DNA of 64,000 nt from the human T2T-CHM13v2.0 reference genome, Homo sapiens. Positions 1 through 16,802 of the stretch are shown here, in pieces (position 1 is the stretch's first letter; every line of letters starts with the position of its first letter). A program made the translations under genes and the position numbers. The stretch lies in NCBI RefSeq assembly GCF_009914755.1, contig NC_060925.1. One strand, given 5' to 3'. The notes beneath the pieces were generated by a model. The model was not told the origin of the DNA, made no database searches, and saw only the letters and a program-made list of their open reading frames with translations.

Positions 1-499
1 GGGTGAGCGTGGGGTCTGGACTCTGACCCCTGGTCCAGGCGGGAGAGGAGCACACTGGACAGGGCAGCCGAGCCACCCTCTGCGGAGCTGTGGACACTGC
101 GTGTGTGGTGCTGAAGGTGTACACGTCCACTGAGGCCACCTGCGCCGCTGCCTGTGTCCTGTGGGCTGGCACTCACCGAGTGAGAGCTGTGTGCAGAACC
201 TCTGCTGTCAGCGGGCCAGGCCACACTGGGGAGGGAGGTATTCCGTGTGCTTGCACTGAAGCCTGCCCCAGGCTGCCTTCTGGGTTAGGGATACCCAGGA
301 CCTCCATAGCTGGTGTGGCGTCTGTGAGATCTCAGCTGCTGCTTCCCTGGACGCCCGTGTGGACCTGGAGGGGGGTGGGGACCCGGCCTGGCATGGTCCC
401 TGGCCACCTGCCTGGTGCTCCGGGTTGTGCCGTTGGCAGTGCCTTCGCTCTGCCTCACCTGCTGCCTCCGCCTTTCCTGGCTACAACCCTGTTGCCCAA

Positions 500-775
500 A
501 CCATTAAAAAAATTATACTACCAAGTTGAATGATATGCAAATGTAGTCAATTAAGCGAGGGGATTTTAATTAGCAGTTTAAGTTCATGTGTGAAGTGCCT
601 TGCCTTAATTACTTGACAGTTTTGTTGTAAATTTGCTAAGTTTTTTTTTGCAGAACTATCAAAACTGTGATTTTTGTTAACATTCTTGGATGCGGTGAGT
701 GGCGCCCAGCTTGCCTGACCCTAGTGGGTTTTGTCTTAATTTATAAAGCTCTTTAAACTGTGAAAACAAGGTAAA
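500..775. promoter_or_regulatory. Candidate enhancer (AT-rich motif cluster)
   Basis: ATGCAAAT octamer 535-542, CAATTAA 548-554, TAATTA 567-572 and 606-611, TGACAG 614-619, in a non-repeat AT island within GC-rich DNA. Confidence 0.5.
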
Positions 776-2679
776 CCCCCTGGGTTGCCTCTGTGTGGCT
801 CTTCGAGTCAAGCCGGGCTCGATGTCTTCCTTGTCACTGGCTGGGGTGGGGACCTGCCTCGTGCGTGGTCTTGAGCTCCCGTTGGGGGAACGGGAGAACC
901 TTCATCCCATGTGGGTGTAGCCGTTGGCGGCACCTTTGTACGGGGACACACCCTGGACCTGAATGGAGTCAGGAAGGGTTTCAACCTGGATGGCCCGCGT
1001 GCCGGGGACCCGCAAGGTGTGCAGTGGCAAGGGCCGGTCCTGGTGGCGGGCTCCCTGGTGATGCTGGTGGATGGTTGTGCGTGGGCCTTGGGGTTCACAG
1101 TTCAGTTTGGGAGAGGCGAGAACCCCTCACTTTGAAGTCTTTCCTGGCCAACGGGAGGCTTCTCAGAGCAGCTTTCACGGCTCCGGGGCTGAGTGAGGCC
1201 TGTGTCTAGGCTCATCCTGCCCTCCGGGGCGTCCCAGTGTGCCTGGGCAGTGGCGCAGCTGGCTCCTTCCACTGGGTTTAGGTGTGCTTCTGCTCCCCAC
1301 TGCTGCTTCAGCTGCGTCCTTTGCGGGTCCCCGTAACTTCAGTGCCCCCACCCCTGTTCGGTTCCCTGACTGAGCTCGGCGCCTCTAGTGTAGATGGGTT
1401 TTTAATTTTCCCAGCTGAACGTCGTTATTTGGATTGTGATTTCTTTGGTGTTTCAATGGACTGTAGATGAAGGAGGACCTGTTTTCTCTCAGGAGTGTCT
1501 GTGGGGTCTCTTGTCCTGGTTTGCTCAGTGAAGTGTGGCCCCAAGGGCTGAGGGAGGTGGCCAGGACCCCGCAGGGTGGCCCCCACCACAGAGGCTGCTG
1601 TCCTCCGGGTTCTTCTCCACTTTCTGGGACCTTGGCCGAGGAGGCCTCTGGGAGGGTGAAATGGCCACAGGCCTGGAGAAGCGACACCGGTGGGAAGCCA
1701 CCGGCAGAGAAGTCAGGGAGGAGGGAGTCCTGGGCCTGGAGGAACGTGGGAGGGGCAGGCGCCTCCTAGCAGCCTCAAGAAATGTGGGCCAGGCAGGTCT
1801 GGCTACGGGCAGGAGTGTGTCTGGGACTCTGAACTGCCAGAAGCACTTGGCGGCAAGCCACATGCTGTCACAATGTTGCCTGGCCCCCATGAGGAGGTCC
1901 CGTGGGTGGTGGCGGGTGGTGGCTGGTTGTGGGGCAAGGCTGCGGGACTGGGACCGCTGGCTTCCTGGGGCCATCGAGGCTCCCAGAAGAAGAAATCAAG
2001 AGGATTTTAAGAAGCAGAGTTCTCTTTAGCCCGAAGTAACCATACAGCATTAACAAGAAAACTTGGAATTCTTCGAAGTGAAGCTCTCTCTACTTGTTCG
2101 GAGGATGGAGGACAGTTCTAGATCCAGGAGAGCGGTGGCGCAGACACGGACTTCACCCTTGGTGGGAGGGGAGAAGCACAGCATCCTGTTGTTCGTGAGT
2201 CAGGTGAGAGGCGCGAGAAACCACAGCTCTTAGGAAAATCCGTGCTGCCCAGTGTGGGGGCCGTCCACAGCCCTTCGGCACTGCTGGGGAAGTGGCCCTG
2301 CGTCGACCCCAATCCTCCTCAGCTGTGTTCAGCCCCTGAGATGCCCTGGGCTCCCTGGTTGAGCTTTGGTGGGTAACTGCAGGATGCACACAGGAGCTGC
2401 AGGCGAGGGCTTTGTAGGAGCTCTGTGGCCGCCCCACATCCCTGGCCTCTGCCATTTTCTGCCTAAACGTTGACACATGGAAGAGGGAGCCCAGGATGCT
2501 GTGGGCCCAGAAGGTGGGGCCCTGCGGGCTCCATCACTTCACTCCAGGGCACAGAGGGCCCAGGGTCCCCTCACACTTGCCTGTGGGGACCAGTGGGAAC
2601 AATTCTCATTTTACTGTCATTATGAACTTGCGGCTTAAATATGTCTGTGGACTTCAAAGTGCCATCCTGTGTGGAAAAT

Positions 2680-3330
<651 letters not shown>

Positions 3331-3355
3331 CGATGGATGGGTCTTCCGTGCATGC

Positions 3356-3412
3356 CTGTCTGTGTGTGTGTGTGTGTGTGTGTGCCTGTGTGTGCCTGTG
3401 TGTACGTGTGTG
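3356..3412. repeat. (TG)n microsatellite, interrupted
   Basis: TG run with degenerate extension. Confidence 0.9.
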
Positions 3413-3929
3413 GTGCTGTGATGGGCTGTGGGGACAGTCCCGCGTGCTGACCTGAGCCTGGCAGAGTCAATATCTTGCTGGGAGGCAGCAGGCCAGGAGA
3501 GAGCGGAGCTGGTTGGAGGAGGGCCAGCCTCCCCACCTAGAGACCGTCGGTGACCTTCCTCATGTGATGCGTCCCTTGGTGTGGCCCCCAGCCGCTAGTG
3601 GTGAACCTCTGTAAATGTATGTGAACACTTCCCGTGCATGTCTAGTCAGGAGAGTAATCAGAGAAGCAATTGGTATGTGCTCATCAAAGAACCCCAGAAC
3701 AGCCGAGAAGAGTGCAGAGGGTAACCCCTTCTCTGTCTTTGTTCTTGGTGGGTTGGGGGAGAAGTACAGTGTCCTGTTTGTTCATGTCAGGGGAGAGGCA
3801 GGAATGTACCACATCTCTGTCGCTGGAAACGTGGGAAGCCGGGATGTGGCCTACCGTGGCCCCTTCTGGCCCCGCAGGGGAGTGGGTGTCCCTGCCCTCA
3901 CTGTAATCTCTACCACATTGATGGAAAGA

Positions 3930-4220
3930 TTTTTCTTTTTCTTATTTTTGGAGACAAGGTCTCGCTCTGTCATCTGTGTTGGAGTGCAGTGGTGTGATCC
4001 CAGCTCACTGCAGCTTTGACATCTTGGGCTCAAGAGATTCTCCCGCCTCAGCTTCCTGAGTAGCCGGGACTGTAGGTGGGCATCACCACGCCTGGCGGAT
4101 ATTTTTTTTAATTTTAGAGATGTGATCTCCGTTTGTTACCCAGACTGGTCTGAAACTCCTGGGCTCAAGTGATCCTCCTGCCTCAGCCTCCCAAAGTGCT
4201 GTGAGCCACCACTCCTGGCC
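3930..4220 (-). mobile_element. AluJ-like
   Basis: cagctcactgcagc...gggctcaag diagnostics; diverged dimer. Confidence 0.9.
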
Positions 4221-5333
4221 TGAAAGTATTTTTCGTAATTGGATTTTTCCATATGTGCACTAAGGTCTGCCTTTTTCCCTGAATGAGGCATAACAAGTAT
4301 TTCTGTGGCTGTGTTCTCTGTGGGAATATTATTGTGACATGCTTGTAAGAAGTAAGTGAAAAGCACACCAGCACGGTATTCACATAGCACAGAAGGTTAT
4401 AAAAGGCAAACGCAGACATGGGTGAGGGCAGAGTTGTTCTTGGTTTGTCACAAGGGCGTGTGAACGCGGTTCCCCACCTGCCCTGCTCTGCTCAGCAGCT
4501 TTGGGATATGAGTGCCTTGGGTGCCTGGTGCCTTTTTGGGCCAGCCCTGTGGTATTTTGGAGTATCCGTTGGTATTGAGAGTCTGGAACTTACTTAGTGT
4601 CTGGGGCATGGGCCGTGTTTTGGTATCGCAAGAGATGCTTCAGGGCGCGTGTCAGCACAAACACATCACACGGGCTTCGTGACCACGTGCTGGCTGCACG
4701 AGATGTCAGTGTGCTCCGCGTACCACCTGCTTCATCCCCGCCCTGCCCTCTCGTGCTCCTCGGCAGGGGGCCGCCATCCTTATGCCCCGCCTGCCCTTTC
4801 TGCAGCTGTGGGTGCAGGCTGGCCGTTGTGCTCTGTTGCAGGAGCTCCTGTCAGGCTGCTGGTCTGCGCGTGTGCTCTCCGAGTGCCTGTCACTCTGGCT
4901 GACTCACTGTGTCAGTGTCACCGTGCAGCTTTGCTCGTCCTGTTCTTGTGCCTTGGGACGAGTGGGCAGAGTGCTTGCTGTTGGGTAGGCTGTGGTGCAC
5001 CATGTGGGCCTGGGAGTGAAACAGCTTGGTCAGAGGGCATGTCGGTCACGCCAGGCTGTCTTCCAAAGCGTCCCAACACTCCCTGTCATCGGTCTTGTTG
5101 GCTGTAAACGAGTTCTCTGCTGCATGGGATGCTAGGGGTGTGGTGAGTTTCTTGTAGACGTGGCAGGTCAGAGGGGAGGCACACTGTCTGCCAGGCACCC
5201 TGTTATTTACTGATACACGCACACGCAATACACATCTCTATAGATTGCTTTTGTATGTTCACTCAGCTGGGATGATTCTGTGTGTGCTTAGATCTTTGTT
5301 CACGTTTCTGATCATTTCCTTAGTGGACTCTGA

Positions 5334-5676
<343 letters not shown>

Positions 5677-5704
5677 CCTCCTGACAACTTTTAAGATTCT
5701 GTCA

Positions 5705-6025
<321 letters not shown>

Positions 6026-6212
6026 TTAGAGTGTCTTTGTTAATTTGAAAGGTGAAAAATCTCATCATTTAGTTTGTATTTCTTTGCTTTTTGGTGGGTT
6101 GATTGTTTTGTTATTTCAGTATTTTTTTCTGTAATTTGTGCATATTACATTTTCTTATTGTGGCAAAATAAACATAATGTTGACCATTACATGTAGCATT
6201 CAGCAGTGTTGA

Positions 6213-6439
6213 ACACATAGGCTGACAGTGAAGGAATGGAAAAAGACATCCCATGCCATTGGTGACCAAAAGAAAACAGGAGTGGCTCCATTTGTATCAA
6301 ACAAAATATACTTTTCTTCAGAAACTATTACTAGAAACAGAAAAGTAGTTACAGAACAATAAAAGGGTCGAATCAACTGGAAGATCTAACAATAATATAT
6401 ACGCACCTAACCTCAGAACAGCTAAAACTGTAAAGCAAA
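6213..6439 (+). mobile_element. L1 ORF2 endonuclease-region fragment
   Basis: Encodes degenerate KEWKKTSHAIGDQKKTGVAPFVSNK...KGSNQLEDLTI..YAPN, matching the L1 ORF2p endonuclease domain. Confidence 0.85.
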
Positions 6440-6847
6440 TTCACGCTGCTGTTCACCCACCTTCCCAGGCTCAGCCTTTGTCCCCATGAGACACTCACTC
6501 CCCATTCTGCCTCCCCCAGCCCCCAACACCCACCCGCCGCTTTCTGTTTCTGTGACTTTGGTGACTCTAGGGGCCTCCTGTGAGTGGAATCGCACAGGAT
6601 CTGTCCTTTTGTGACAGCTTATTTCACTCAGCACCATGTCCTCAAGGCGCAGCCATGCGTAGCCTGTGTCACAGTCTCCTTCCTTCTCAAGACTGAACCG
6701 CAGGCTGCTGTATGGATGTATTTTGTTTACCCATTTCTGTCAGTGGACACACGGGTGACTTCCACAGTTTAGCTGTCGTGAATGATGCTGCTGTGAGCAC
6801 GGGTGCACAGTGACCTCTGGAGACCCTGCCTTCAGTTCTGGGTGTAG

Positions 6848-7512
<665 letters not shown>

Positions 7513-8358
7513 CGTTTTTCTTTTTAAAGAACCGACTGTTTTTCATAGTGGCTGCAGCATTTTCCACTCCCAGCAACAGCGTTCGAGCAGCACTGTCTTT
7601 GCATCCTCTCCAGCACTTGTTCTGTTTTTTGACAGCGGCCATCCTAATGGGTGTGAGGTGGCATCTCATTGTGGTTTTGGTTCTCATTTCCCTGATGATT
7701 AGTACGTTGGGCATTTTTTCGTGTGCTTATTGGCCACTCCTATATCCTCTTTGAGGAATGTCTGAGTCCCTCTTTGAGTCGAGTTGTGTGTGGGGGCCTT
7801 TGCTCAGTTGTACGTCTTTATCTACTCTGGTTAGTGATCCTGTTCTACTTGTAAATTTCTGTCTCCTGTTTGTCTACTGCGTGCACCGTGGTCGGATCCT
7901 GCCTCTGTTGCTGGAGGCTGCCTCTGTCCTCTGCTGTGGTGGTCAGGAAGCTGGAGCGTCTCGGCGCCAGATTCATGTTTGTAAGAGGAGACGCTCTGTG
8001 AGCCTCGGTGTGCAGCGCTGTCTGCAAGTCAGACTCCCCACCCCTCCTTTGTGCGAGCTGGGCGGGGGCTCTGCCGGGACTGGTGGTGTTCATGGAGAGG
8101 GCTTCTGTGTGATGAAGAGATGACAGTGACCTGCTGGGGCCGAAGGCTGTGAGTGCCATTGGGGGAGGGAGTCTCAGAGAGTGCGGCAGTCGGGCCTGAT
8201 GGGGCTGCTCTTCTGTGAAGGGGCACCTACCGTGTGCCTGGCCTGTAGCAGCAGCAAAGAGGAACCTGATGGGGGGGGGCCTCAGGAACCTCCACCTCGC
8301 CCACTGTGGCCAGGCTGCTTCTGCTTTCTGGGAGGCCTGTGCAAGAGCCATGGGCACA

Positions 8359-8725
<367 letters not shown>

Positions 8726-10224
8726 TCAGGGGCGCCCTCAGCCTGGAGCCAGGGAAGGGCAGCGAGAGGACCCCAGACTCCCAAATGACCAAGGGCCTGT
8801 TTGCAGCGTGCTTCTCCCTCCTTTCTTCTGGCTCTGAAGTTATATCCTGCCAGATCCTGGAGAAAGTTCTTTTAGCAAAATGATGGCTTCGCTGAAGATG
8901 ATACTTGCCACCTCACAGAAGCCTGTCACGTTCCTCCCTTTGGAACCCATTGCCAAATGTGGGTGGTGTGGTGGACCTGGGGCAAGGGGCCATTCTCTGG
9001 CAGCCCCTAGAAATGCCTCCCTGGGGTTGGGGTGCAGCCACCAGGCAAGAAGTATGTACCCCCTTGCCCTGGCCACTTGGGGTTTCTGGGACAATCTGCT
9101 GGCTTGGCCTTGACTTTTTCCTGAACCTAGGAGCCCAGGGCCTGCTCCTGGCATCAGGACTTGCTCTTCCTCTTTCCTGGGCCCCACAGGTGCCCTTGGG
9201 GAGCACACAGCTGCCCCAGCCCGAGTCCAGTCTGGCTCTCGGGAAGGGGCCTTACTGCTGGCTGCACACCTTGGCCTCCTTCCCCTGGATGCGCCATTGC
9301 CAACGCAGCTGGGACAGCCCTTGGACGCAGCGTGCCCGCCCCTTTTACCAGGGCATGTGGGCTGGGACCAGTTTCAGCCCCATGTTGACTTGTTTGGCTC
9401 TGCTGGTGGTGACGGGGGGGCGCGGTGGCGGGGGGCCTTGGTCGCGTCGTGTCTGCTCTTGTGCACCGGTGCCTCACGGAGAGGCTGTGGTGAGTGCGCG
9501 GAAGGACCCTGGTGCTTTTGGGGACTTTCTGGAGCAGCCCACATTCCTTCCCCAGAGCCCTAGGGGCCTGGCCAGCTGCCTTTCCAGGCCCTGAGGCCAC
9601 CAGGTTCTTGGGGGGAGCTCCTAGGTTCTGCTTTGGCCTGGCTGGGTGGTGCCCACACTGCCGCGTCCCCTCTCCGGGGCTGCCCGGACTCAGCCTGGCT
9701 GGCAGCCATTTCCGTTACTTGGTTTCCAAAGGCCCCATCTTGGAATCAGGAGCAGGCTGTGGGACTCAGGGTGGGTTCTGAGCTTGGTGACCCGCTCTGC
9801 TCTTTTGTCCGGCTTTGTCCTAACTGTTGAATATTAATGAGGGGCGCCGCAGGGTGGCTCTCCAGTGGAGGGTCCTCACTTTTTGTTTTGCAAATAACGC
9901 TGGGGCCCCTGCGCCACTGGGGCAATGCAACTGTGACGGTGCTGGTTGGATTCAAAAGGAAGCCTGGCAGTGGCGGGGCCTGGACAGGCAGCCTTTGACC
10001 TGAGGCGGGGCGGCGCTCTGCGCTGGTTCAGAAAAGCCGTGGGGCAGCCTCTCTGGCAGGCACTGGCTGTACCTGTTGGTTTTCCTTTGCCCACAGTGAA
10101 GTGAAAGTCACTGCAGCTGGGTTTGCTGTTTAACTCACTGTCTTTCCTTCTCACGTCTTCTCTGTGCAAATAGTGGTCAGTGTACTTTTTGATTATTTCA
10201 GTCAAGTGGAAGTTTCTAGGAGCG

Positions 10225-10490
10225 TAGAGAGGCAGCGTGGCTTAGGGTTTAGGAGCATGGCTGGGCTACCTTCCTACTCTGAGTGTGGGCCACGTTACTT
10301 TTCTAGGCCTCAGTTTCCCATTGGCCCCTCTCCTGTTTGGAAGAGGCAGCTGGGTCCCACAAGCCATCTCAGGAGCCGCGTCTGGGCGCTGGCACGGGGA
10401 CTGTGCCCACAGCCAGCCAGCCTGGTGGTCAGCTGATGGATTCCCGTAGGTACTTAGCAAAATGCCTGGAGTGTGCGAGGCTGTCAGGCC
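10225..10490 (+). mobile_element. MIR relic
   Basis: gaggcagcgtggcttagggtttaggagcatgg...gcctcagtttcccat...acttagcaaaatgcctgg. Confidence 0.45.
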
Positions 10491-11331
10491 AGTGGCAGAT
10501 GCAGTCGAGTGCTGTTGTTTCTTGGTGCTGCCTGGCACTGCCACCCTGATGGTCGGCTCTGAGTTGGAGGCCAGCTTTCATGGCAGCGTTGTTGGTGGGC
10601 GTGCAGGGTGTGTCTGACCTGGGCCTGGGCATCAGGTCCCATTGTGGTTGGGTCCACAGGGCCCCTTGCCTCATTCGTGGAGGTGCTGGGGGAATTCTAC
10701 AGGCTGAGGACGTGTGAGGCTCCAGGGTCCAGCGTGCAGGCCGGATGTTCCTAGCGTTGCCGGCCACGCAGACAGCCGTGCCACCAGGAGGTTCCCTGGC
10801 AATGGGAGACAATTGTCTGCTCAGTTCAGCCTTCAGTGCCCCAGGGCTGTTTTGAGATCAAGGCTGAGGGGGACCCTTTCAAGTGTCTCTGCCTTTGGTG
10901 GTCCCGGGTGGCCGGCTCCTCACCCATGGTGTGGTCTGAGTGGGCTGAAACCGACCCCAGGTGATTCTTATTCGGAAGAGATGTTTCTGGAAATGAGAGC
11001 AAGGCAGTGAGTGGAGAGCCAGCTGAGAGATGCTTGACTCCCCACCTGCTGCTGTTGGGGCCAAAAGCGTGGAGGAGGGAAGAGCCAGCACAGAGGGCTC
11101 ACGGTGTCCCCTGCTCCAACCGACTCACTGGCCGCGGCCTCATGGGGCCTCCCTGTCCTGCCTCCTGCTCAACAGGCCACAGGTTTTGTTGGATTCGTCA
11201 ATTATGACCCAGGTTGTTGAACTGGAATTGGAGATGTTTTTACAGTTGGAGAGTTTGTTACAGTCAGAACATTTCGGGTTGTTGGAGTTCGGTGTCTTGC
11301 TGCTGTTGCAGCTTGCATCTTTTGGCCACAG

Positions 11332-11623
<292 letters not shown>

Positions 11624-11877
11624 ATGGCCACCTGTTTTAAGGAAACCACTCAGTGTCTTAAAAGTTAAGGGTGCTCATTGCCCTGCTCAACAGAGAGTCC
11701 CGTGTGGTGCTGGGTAGCCCTCGTGCCGCTCTCTGGCCGTCCCAGAACCCGCTGTCCGTTCCCAGCGTGTCCTCGAGTGTGGGGTGGCCACTGCTGCCCA
11801 GGTATGCCACTGTCCATGGCTGATGGAGGAGCAGGAAGTGGCCCATTTGCAAGCCTGCTGCCTGTCCTTGGTTTGGG

Positions 11878-12140
11878 TCTTTTTATTTTGAGAAATCTCC
11901 AAACCTACATACAGCGAAGTTGCAGGAAGAACGTGGTGAGTCCCCATTCCCTGAGCTCAGCTGCTGCTGGCACTGGCCTCCTCTCGCCACGACTGTTTTT
12001 GCAACTTTTTGCCGGTCATTTGAGAGAATGTTTCAGTCAGTGGGGTCCTCCCTGCTAAGCCCTTCATTCTGAATTTCTAAAAGTAAGGGGATGTGGTGTG
12101 TGACCGTGACACGGTGACCAAGTCTGGGAAGCTGGCTCCC
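11878..12140 (-). mobile_element. Old L1MC-type 3' end relic
   Basis: ttttattttgagaaatctccaaacctaca...aagttgcagga...catttgagag. Confidence 0.45.
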
Positions 12141-12702
12141 CTGGCCACGCTCTGCCGTGTCTGCCACGCCCTCTTCAGTAGTTTACTTCTGCCTGGGACC
12201 TGCCTGGCGGCTCAGCTGACTCTTCTCTTGGGCCTGCCTCGTTGCCCTAGGCAGCTGGCTGCGCGTTGGCAGGGCCCGGACGGGCAGGTGGGTAGCGGCA
12301 GCCCCGGGGGGCCGGTGCCCCATCAGAGGCGTGGGAGGCATCAGGAGCAAGCGGCCCCCATGCTTTTCTCAGGGGAGCCTCTCCCTTGGTAATTAATGAG
12401 TAATCCGCCGAGGGGAACTTTGGACCCCAAAAGTCCCCTGTCCCCATGAACTTTATCCGGGTGGGCCAGGATCCCTGGTGAGTCTGCTTGTCTTAGGGAT
12501 GGGGACGTGGGGCACTGACCGCACTCTTGGCCACTGCTGCTGCTGGAGTCTCGCCTTTCTCCTCCCGCCTGCCTTCTTGCCGTGTAGTAGCGCTGCGGAC
12601 CGTGTTCGGAAAGAGTCACTTACTGTCCGTTCTAGTCACAGTTTTGATGCCCAAGTTGACCTTCTGTTGGCTGCCCACAGGTCTGGGTATCTGCTGATGT
12701 TC

Positions 12703-12830
12703 TTTTATTTATTTATTTTTTGTAGAGATGGGGTCTCACTCTGTGGCCCAGGCTGGTCGTGAATTCCTGGGCTTGAGCCATCCTCCCGCCTGGTGTCCCA
12801 CAGTACTGGGATTACAGGTGTGAACCCCCG
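12703..12830 (-). mobile_element. FLAM/AluJ monomer
   Basis: tgtagagatggggtctcact...ctgggattacaggtgtga. Confidence 0.85.
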
Positions 12831-14229
12831 CTCCCTCCCCCTGCCCCAGCCCCTGCTGAGGTCTTATTTCAGAGCCGGCAGGGTTTTCCCAGCTCTCAAG
12901 CGCCCTCACGTCCCACCACAGTGACGTATGGTGTGTTCACTCCTGTCCTGGTCCCCAGGTCGTGTGGGGCCATCGAGGCTCATCCCCAGCTGCAGCCGCC
13001 CTCCTTTCCCTGTAGAGCCCTCGCCTGTGTAACGGTTACTGCCTCTGTGTGGGCAGCATCTGGGGGGGCTGGCGCCGGGCAGTGGGAGACCTGCTCCATG
13101 TCACTGGTGGAACCCAATGTATGTGATAGGTTCACAGGTCTCAGCTGTGAAATTGTGTTTGTACACGGTGGCTTTTTCTAGAAAAATGAACCGCAAAGTA
13201 TTTCTTTCCTCGTGAATGTCGACCATTTTCTCGAGTCTGGTTGTTGTTGGCCAGTGACACAAACCTGCAGCTTCTCCCCTTCTTGCTTCCCTCCCCGCCC
13301 CTTGGCTCCGGGCACAGCGTGGCTGAACCGGCTTATCTGGCCTCGTCTCTGGAGGCCTCCCCAGCTGTCATGTCCGTTGACATTTCACTGTTCCTGGCAG
13401 TGGCTGTGCCCAGACGCGCCGTGGCACGTGGGAGTGATGCTGGTCTTTGCCAGTGCTCTGCACACCTGTGGGGAGGCCTCTCGGGGTTTCCTGCCAGGTC
13501 TCTGTGCACCCCCCGGTGAGAGATCTGAGGAGGAGGAGGAGGAACCGAGGGCAGGTAGGGCGCTCTTCAGATGTGGAGGGTTGGAATCTCCAGTTTAATA
13601 ACAAACTTTATCCTACCTTAAGTTTTCAAAAGTCTTGTAAAGAACGGGTCCATTCATTTTTAGCTGCTCCGTGAAAGGTGAGAAAGCTGAGTAGGGGGCT
13701 GTGTCCCAAGACCAGGGTTTGCTGTGGCCTGGGTCGATTGAGAATCCCCTGGGCCCCAGGAGGGTGCTGTGGCTGCTGAGGAGGCTGCCCCACGTTCTGA
13801 TCCTGGTGCAGGGCTGCACTCAGCCTCCCCAGAAGCAGCTTGGTCCCGGGTCCCACCTGGCACTAACCTCTGCAGGGCCCCTTTATGTCATGGTGTTTTG
13901 GCCTGTGGAAGGCTTTCGTCCGTCTGAGCTGCTGACTGAGGGTCTTTATTTCCACACTCGAGAGAAACCTGGCGGCCCAGCAGTCAGTGCCCGCGGAGCA
14001 GGTACAGCTCAGGGAAGGGAGCAGCCCTTGCTCACGGTCCTTTCTGGCACAGTCTGTGGCCCTCTGGAGTACCCGGCCAGCGTCCTCACAGCTGTCCCCA
14101 AACGCGTGGTATGGGTTCCTCCCTCAGGGCCAGCACCAGGCTGGTGCTCAGCTCTTCTGGAAGAGCCGTCCCATGGTCCCAGCGCATCCGTGGAAGAGTG
14201 AAATATTGAACGTTACAAGAAGGAAGTGA

Positions 14230-14752
<523 letters not shown>

Positions 14753-16802
14753 GCACAGCGGGCAAAAGGTGGGAGGCTCCCCAGACTTTAGGTGTCTGGA
14801 GTTATCCATAAAGGGGGCTTCCTGAGTTTTGGTGTATCCCTTGGTTTACAACCCAGGGAGAAGCCTGGCCACTTGTGAGTGCAGGTCGTCCTTGGACACA
14901 CACTTGGAGGAATCGGAAGGAACAGGACACGCAGCCTTATGTTCCTGTCAGCCCTTCCTGCACATATGCCCTGTCTCAGGGGGCTGCTGGCCTCTGCCAG
15001 GGCCTCCTCACTTTTGTTCCTGAGGACATCTTCCCAGCGCGTGTGCACTTACTAAATGAGCCACATGCCCCCAGTTCTGACAGCTAGGAACGGTGCGAGC
15101 AGATGGAGGATGGAGCTGGTGCTGCTGCCCACAGAGGCCCTGGGAGTGAGGCTGCGGGTCCCTCGTGCCCTGGTGCGGCCCTGGCTTGAGGCCTTGGTTT
15201 GGGGGTGTTGTGCCCCCCCTACCAGGGCTGAGAGCCCACAGTGACAGCAGAGGGGAGGTGTGTGCGGGGGCCGGGCATCGATGCTGGACTTGCTGAGGGT
15301 TGCTTTCTGGTGGTGTGCACACATCTTGGGCCAGAGTGGTGTCCCCAGAGTGCCTGCTGCTGGAAGAGAAGGCTCTGGGTCCTTCTGGATGCCCATCCTG
15401 GCTGTGTGGACCACGGCGGCAAGGGCCACGTGCCTGGTCGTCAGGCCACGGATGCTTGTCCGGAGCTGCCTCATGTGGCTCTTGCACAGAAGGCACCATT
15501 CTAGACATTCCAGGTGGGCTCCAGTGACCATGAGGGGCTGGGGTTGGCACTGGCGCTGCTCCTCTGAGGTGTTGGACCCACGTGGGAGCTGCTTGTTCCC
15601 CTCCAGACACTGATTGTGAAGAATCTGGAAGGTCCACGCTAGAGGAGGCCACGACCTGCTGGTGCGCCTGCAAGAGTGCTGGCCCAACTGGTCTCCATGC
15701 GTGGTGCCCGTTGGAGGGGGTGGGAGGGCTCGGCTCTGCTCTCCCCCCGTGGGTCTTCGTGTCACAGGGTGCTTGGGGGACTCTGCTGCACTGAGATCTC
15801 CAGCGTGACATGTCCCCGTCCCAAACAGCCCTGAAATGGCAATGCCTCATCCTAGGATTACCGTCCCTTCCCGAAGGCTTGAGGTCCTACTTAGATGTCT
15901 ACTGGACTGCTTTTTATTTTAATTTACTTGATACTCAGTCTGGGTGCGTTGAAGACGCGGCCTCTGGCTGTCAGCCTGTCCTTGTGTGCAGTGACCGGTC
16001 TACCTGTCTGGCCTTGTGCCTAGACTTGTGGCCGTCACCACTATCTCTGGGGAGGGGTGAAGTGGACTGGGAGGTAGGAGCCGAATTGGAGTCTTCTCTT
16101 TGTTCCTGAAGTTATCACAGTCTTGGCCAGACTGTGGTCACTGCGTGCGTGTGTGTGTGTGTGTGATGCGCAGGGCATTTGCTGGTGGAATAGCACGGGC
16201 CATTGGCATTTGCACCTGAGGCGTGCAGCCCCCCTGCTGCACACCTATGGGGTCCCTGCGGTCAGGTGAGCTCTGGGGGGTTTCTGAGGGTGGAGACAGC
16301 CACAACAACACTTCTTTCCTCCAAATGCCTGTGCTGTGCACTTGGGTGCAGGTGGCTTTTAGGGGACATGGCTGGGCACTGCCCCACAGTGTCACCTCTG
16401 TGTCCTGTGGTGCGTGCTGTGGACTGGCACCACACCCCACGTGCTTGTTAGGCCAGTTTCTCTCAGGTGTCGGTCACCCTACCATGCGGCCTTTCTTTTG
16501 TCTTTTATCTTTAGCTAAGGAGTCCATGGCATACCAAAAGCTGAATGATGACAGCCAGTGTCCCCATCCTGTCCTCCCCAACTTTCCACAGGCAGGGACG
16601 CTCCCCATTCTTGCTGCATAGTCTTCTGTTGACCCCATGTACCTGAGTGACCCCCACGTACCTGAGTGTGACAAGCACTATGGTGCTTGACCTCAGTCCA
16701 GCTGCTTAGACCTGTACCTGCCACAGCCCCACGTGCTGACACCTTGCGTCTTGAGTTTTGATAAATCTATCCTTTGGCTGATTAATATGACTGAGTGGTG
16801 TC

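Noticed and set aside
1400-1500. Acceptor-like ttttcccag followed by ATGs
   Set aside because: The first ATG meets an immediate stop; no convincing donor or coding signal.
15008-15850. 280- and 237-aa minus-strand ORFs
   Set aside because: Overlapping open frames in stop-poor GC-rich sequence; no domain.
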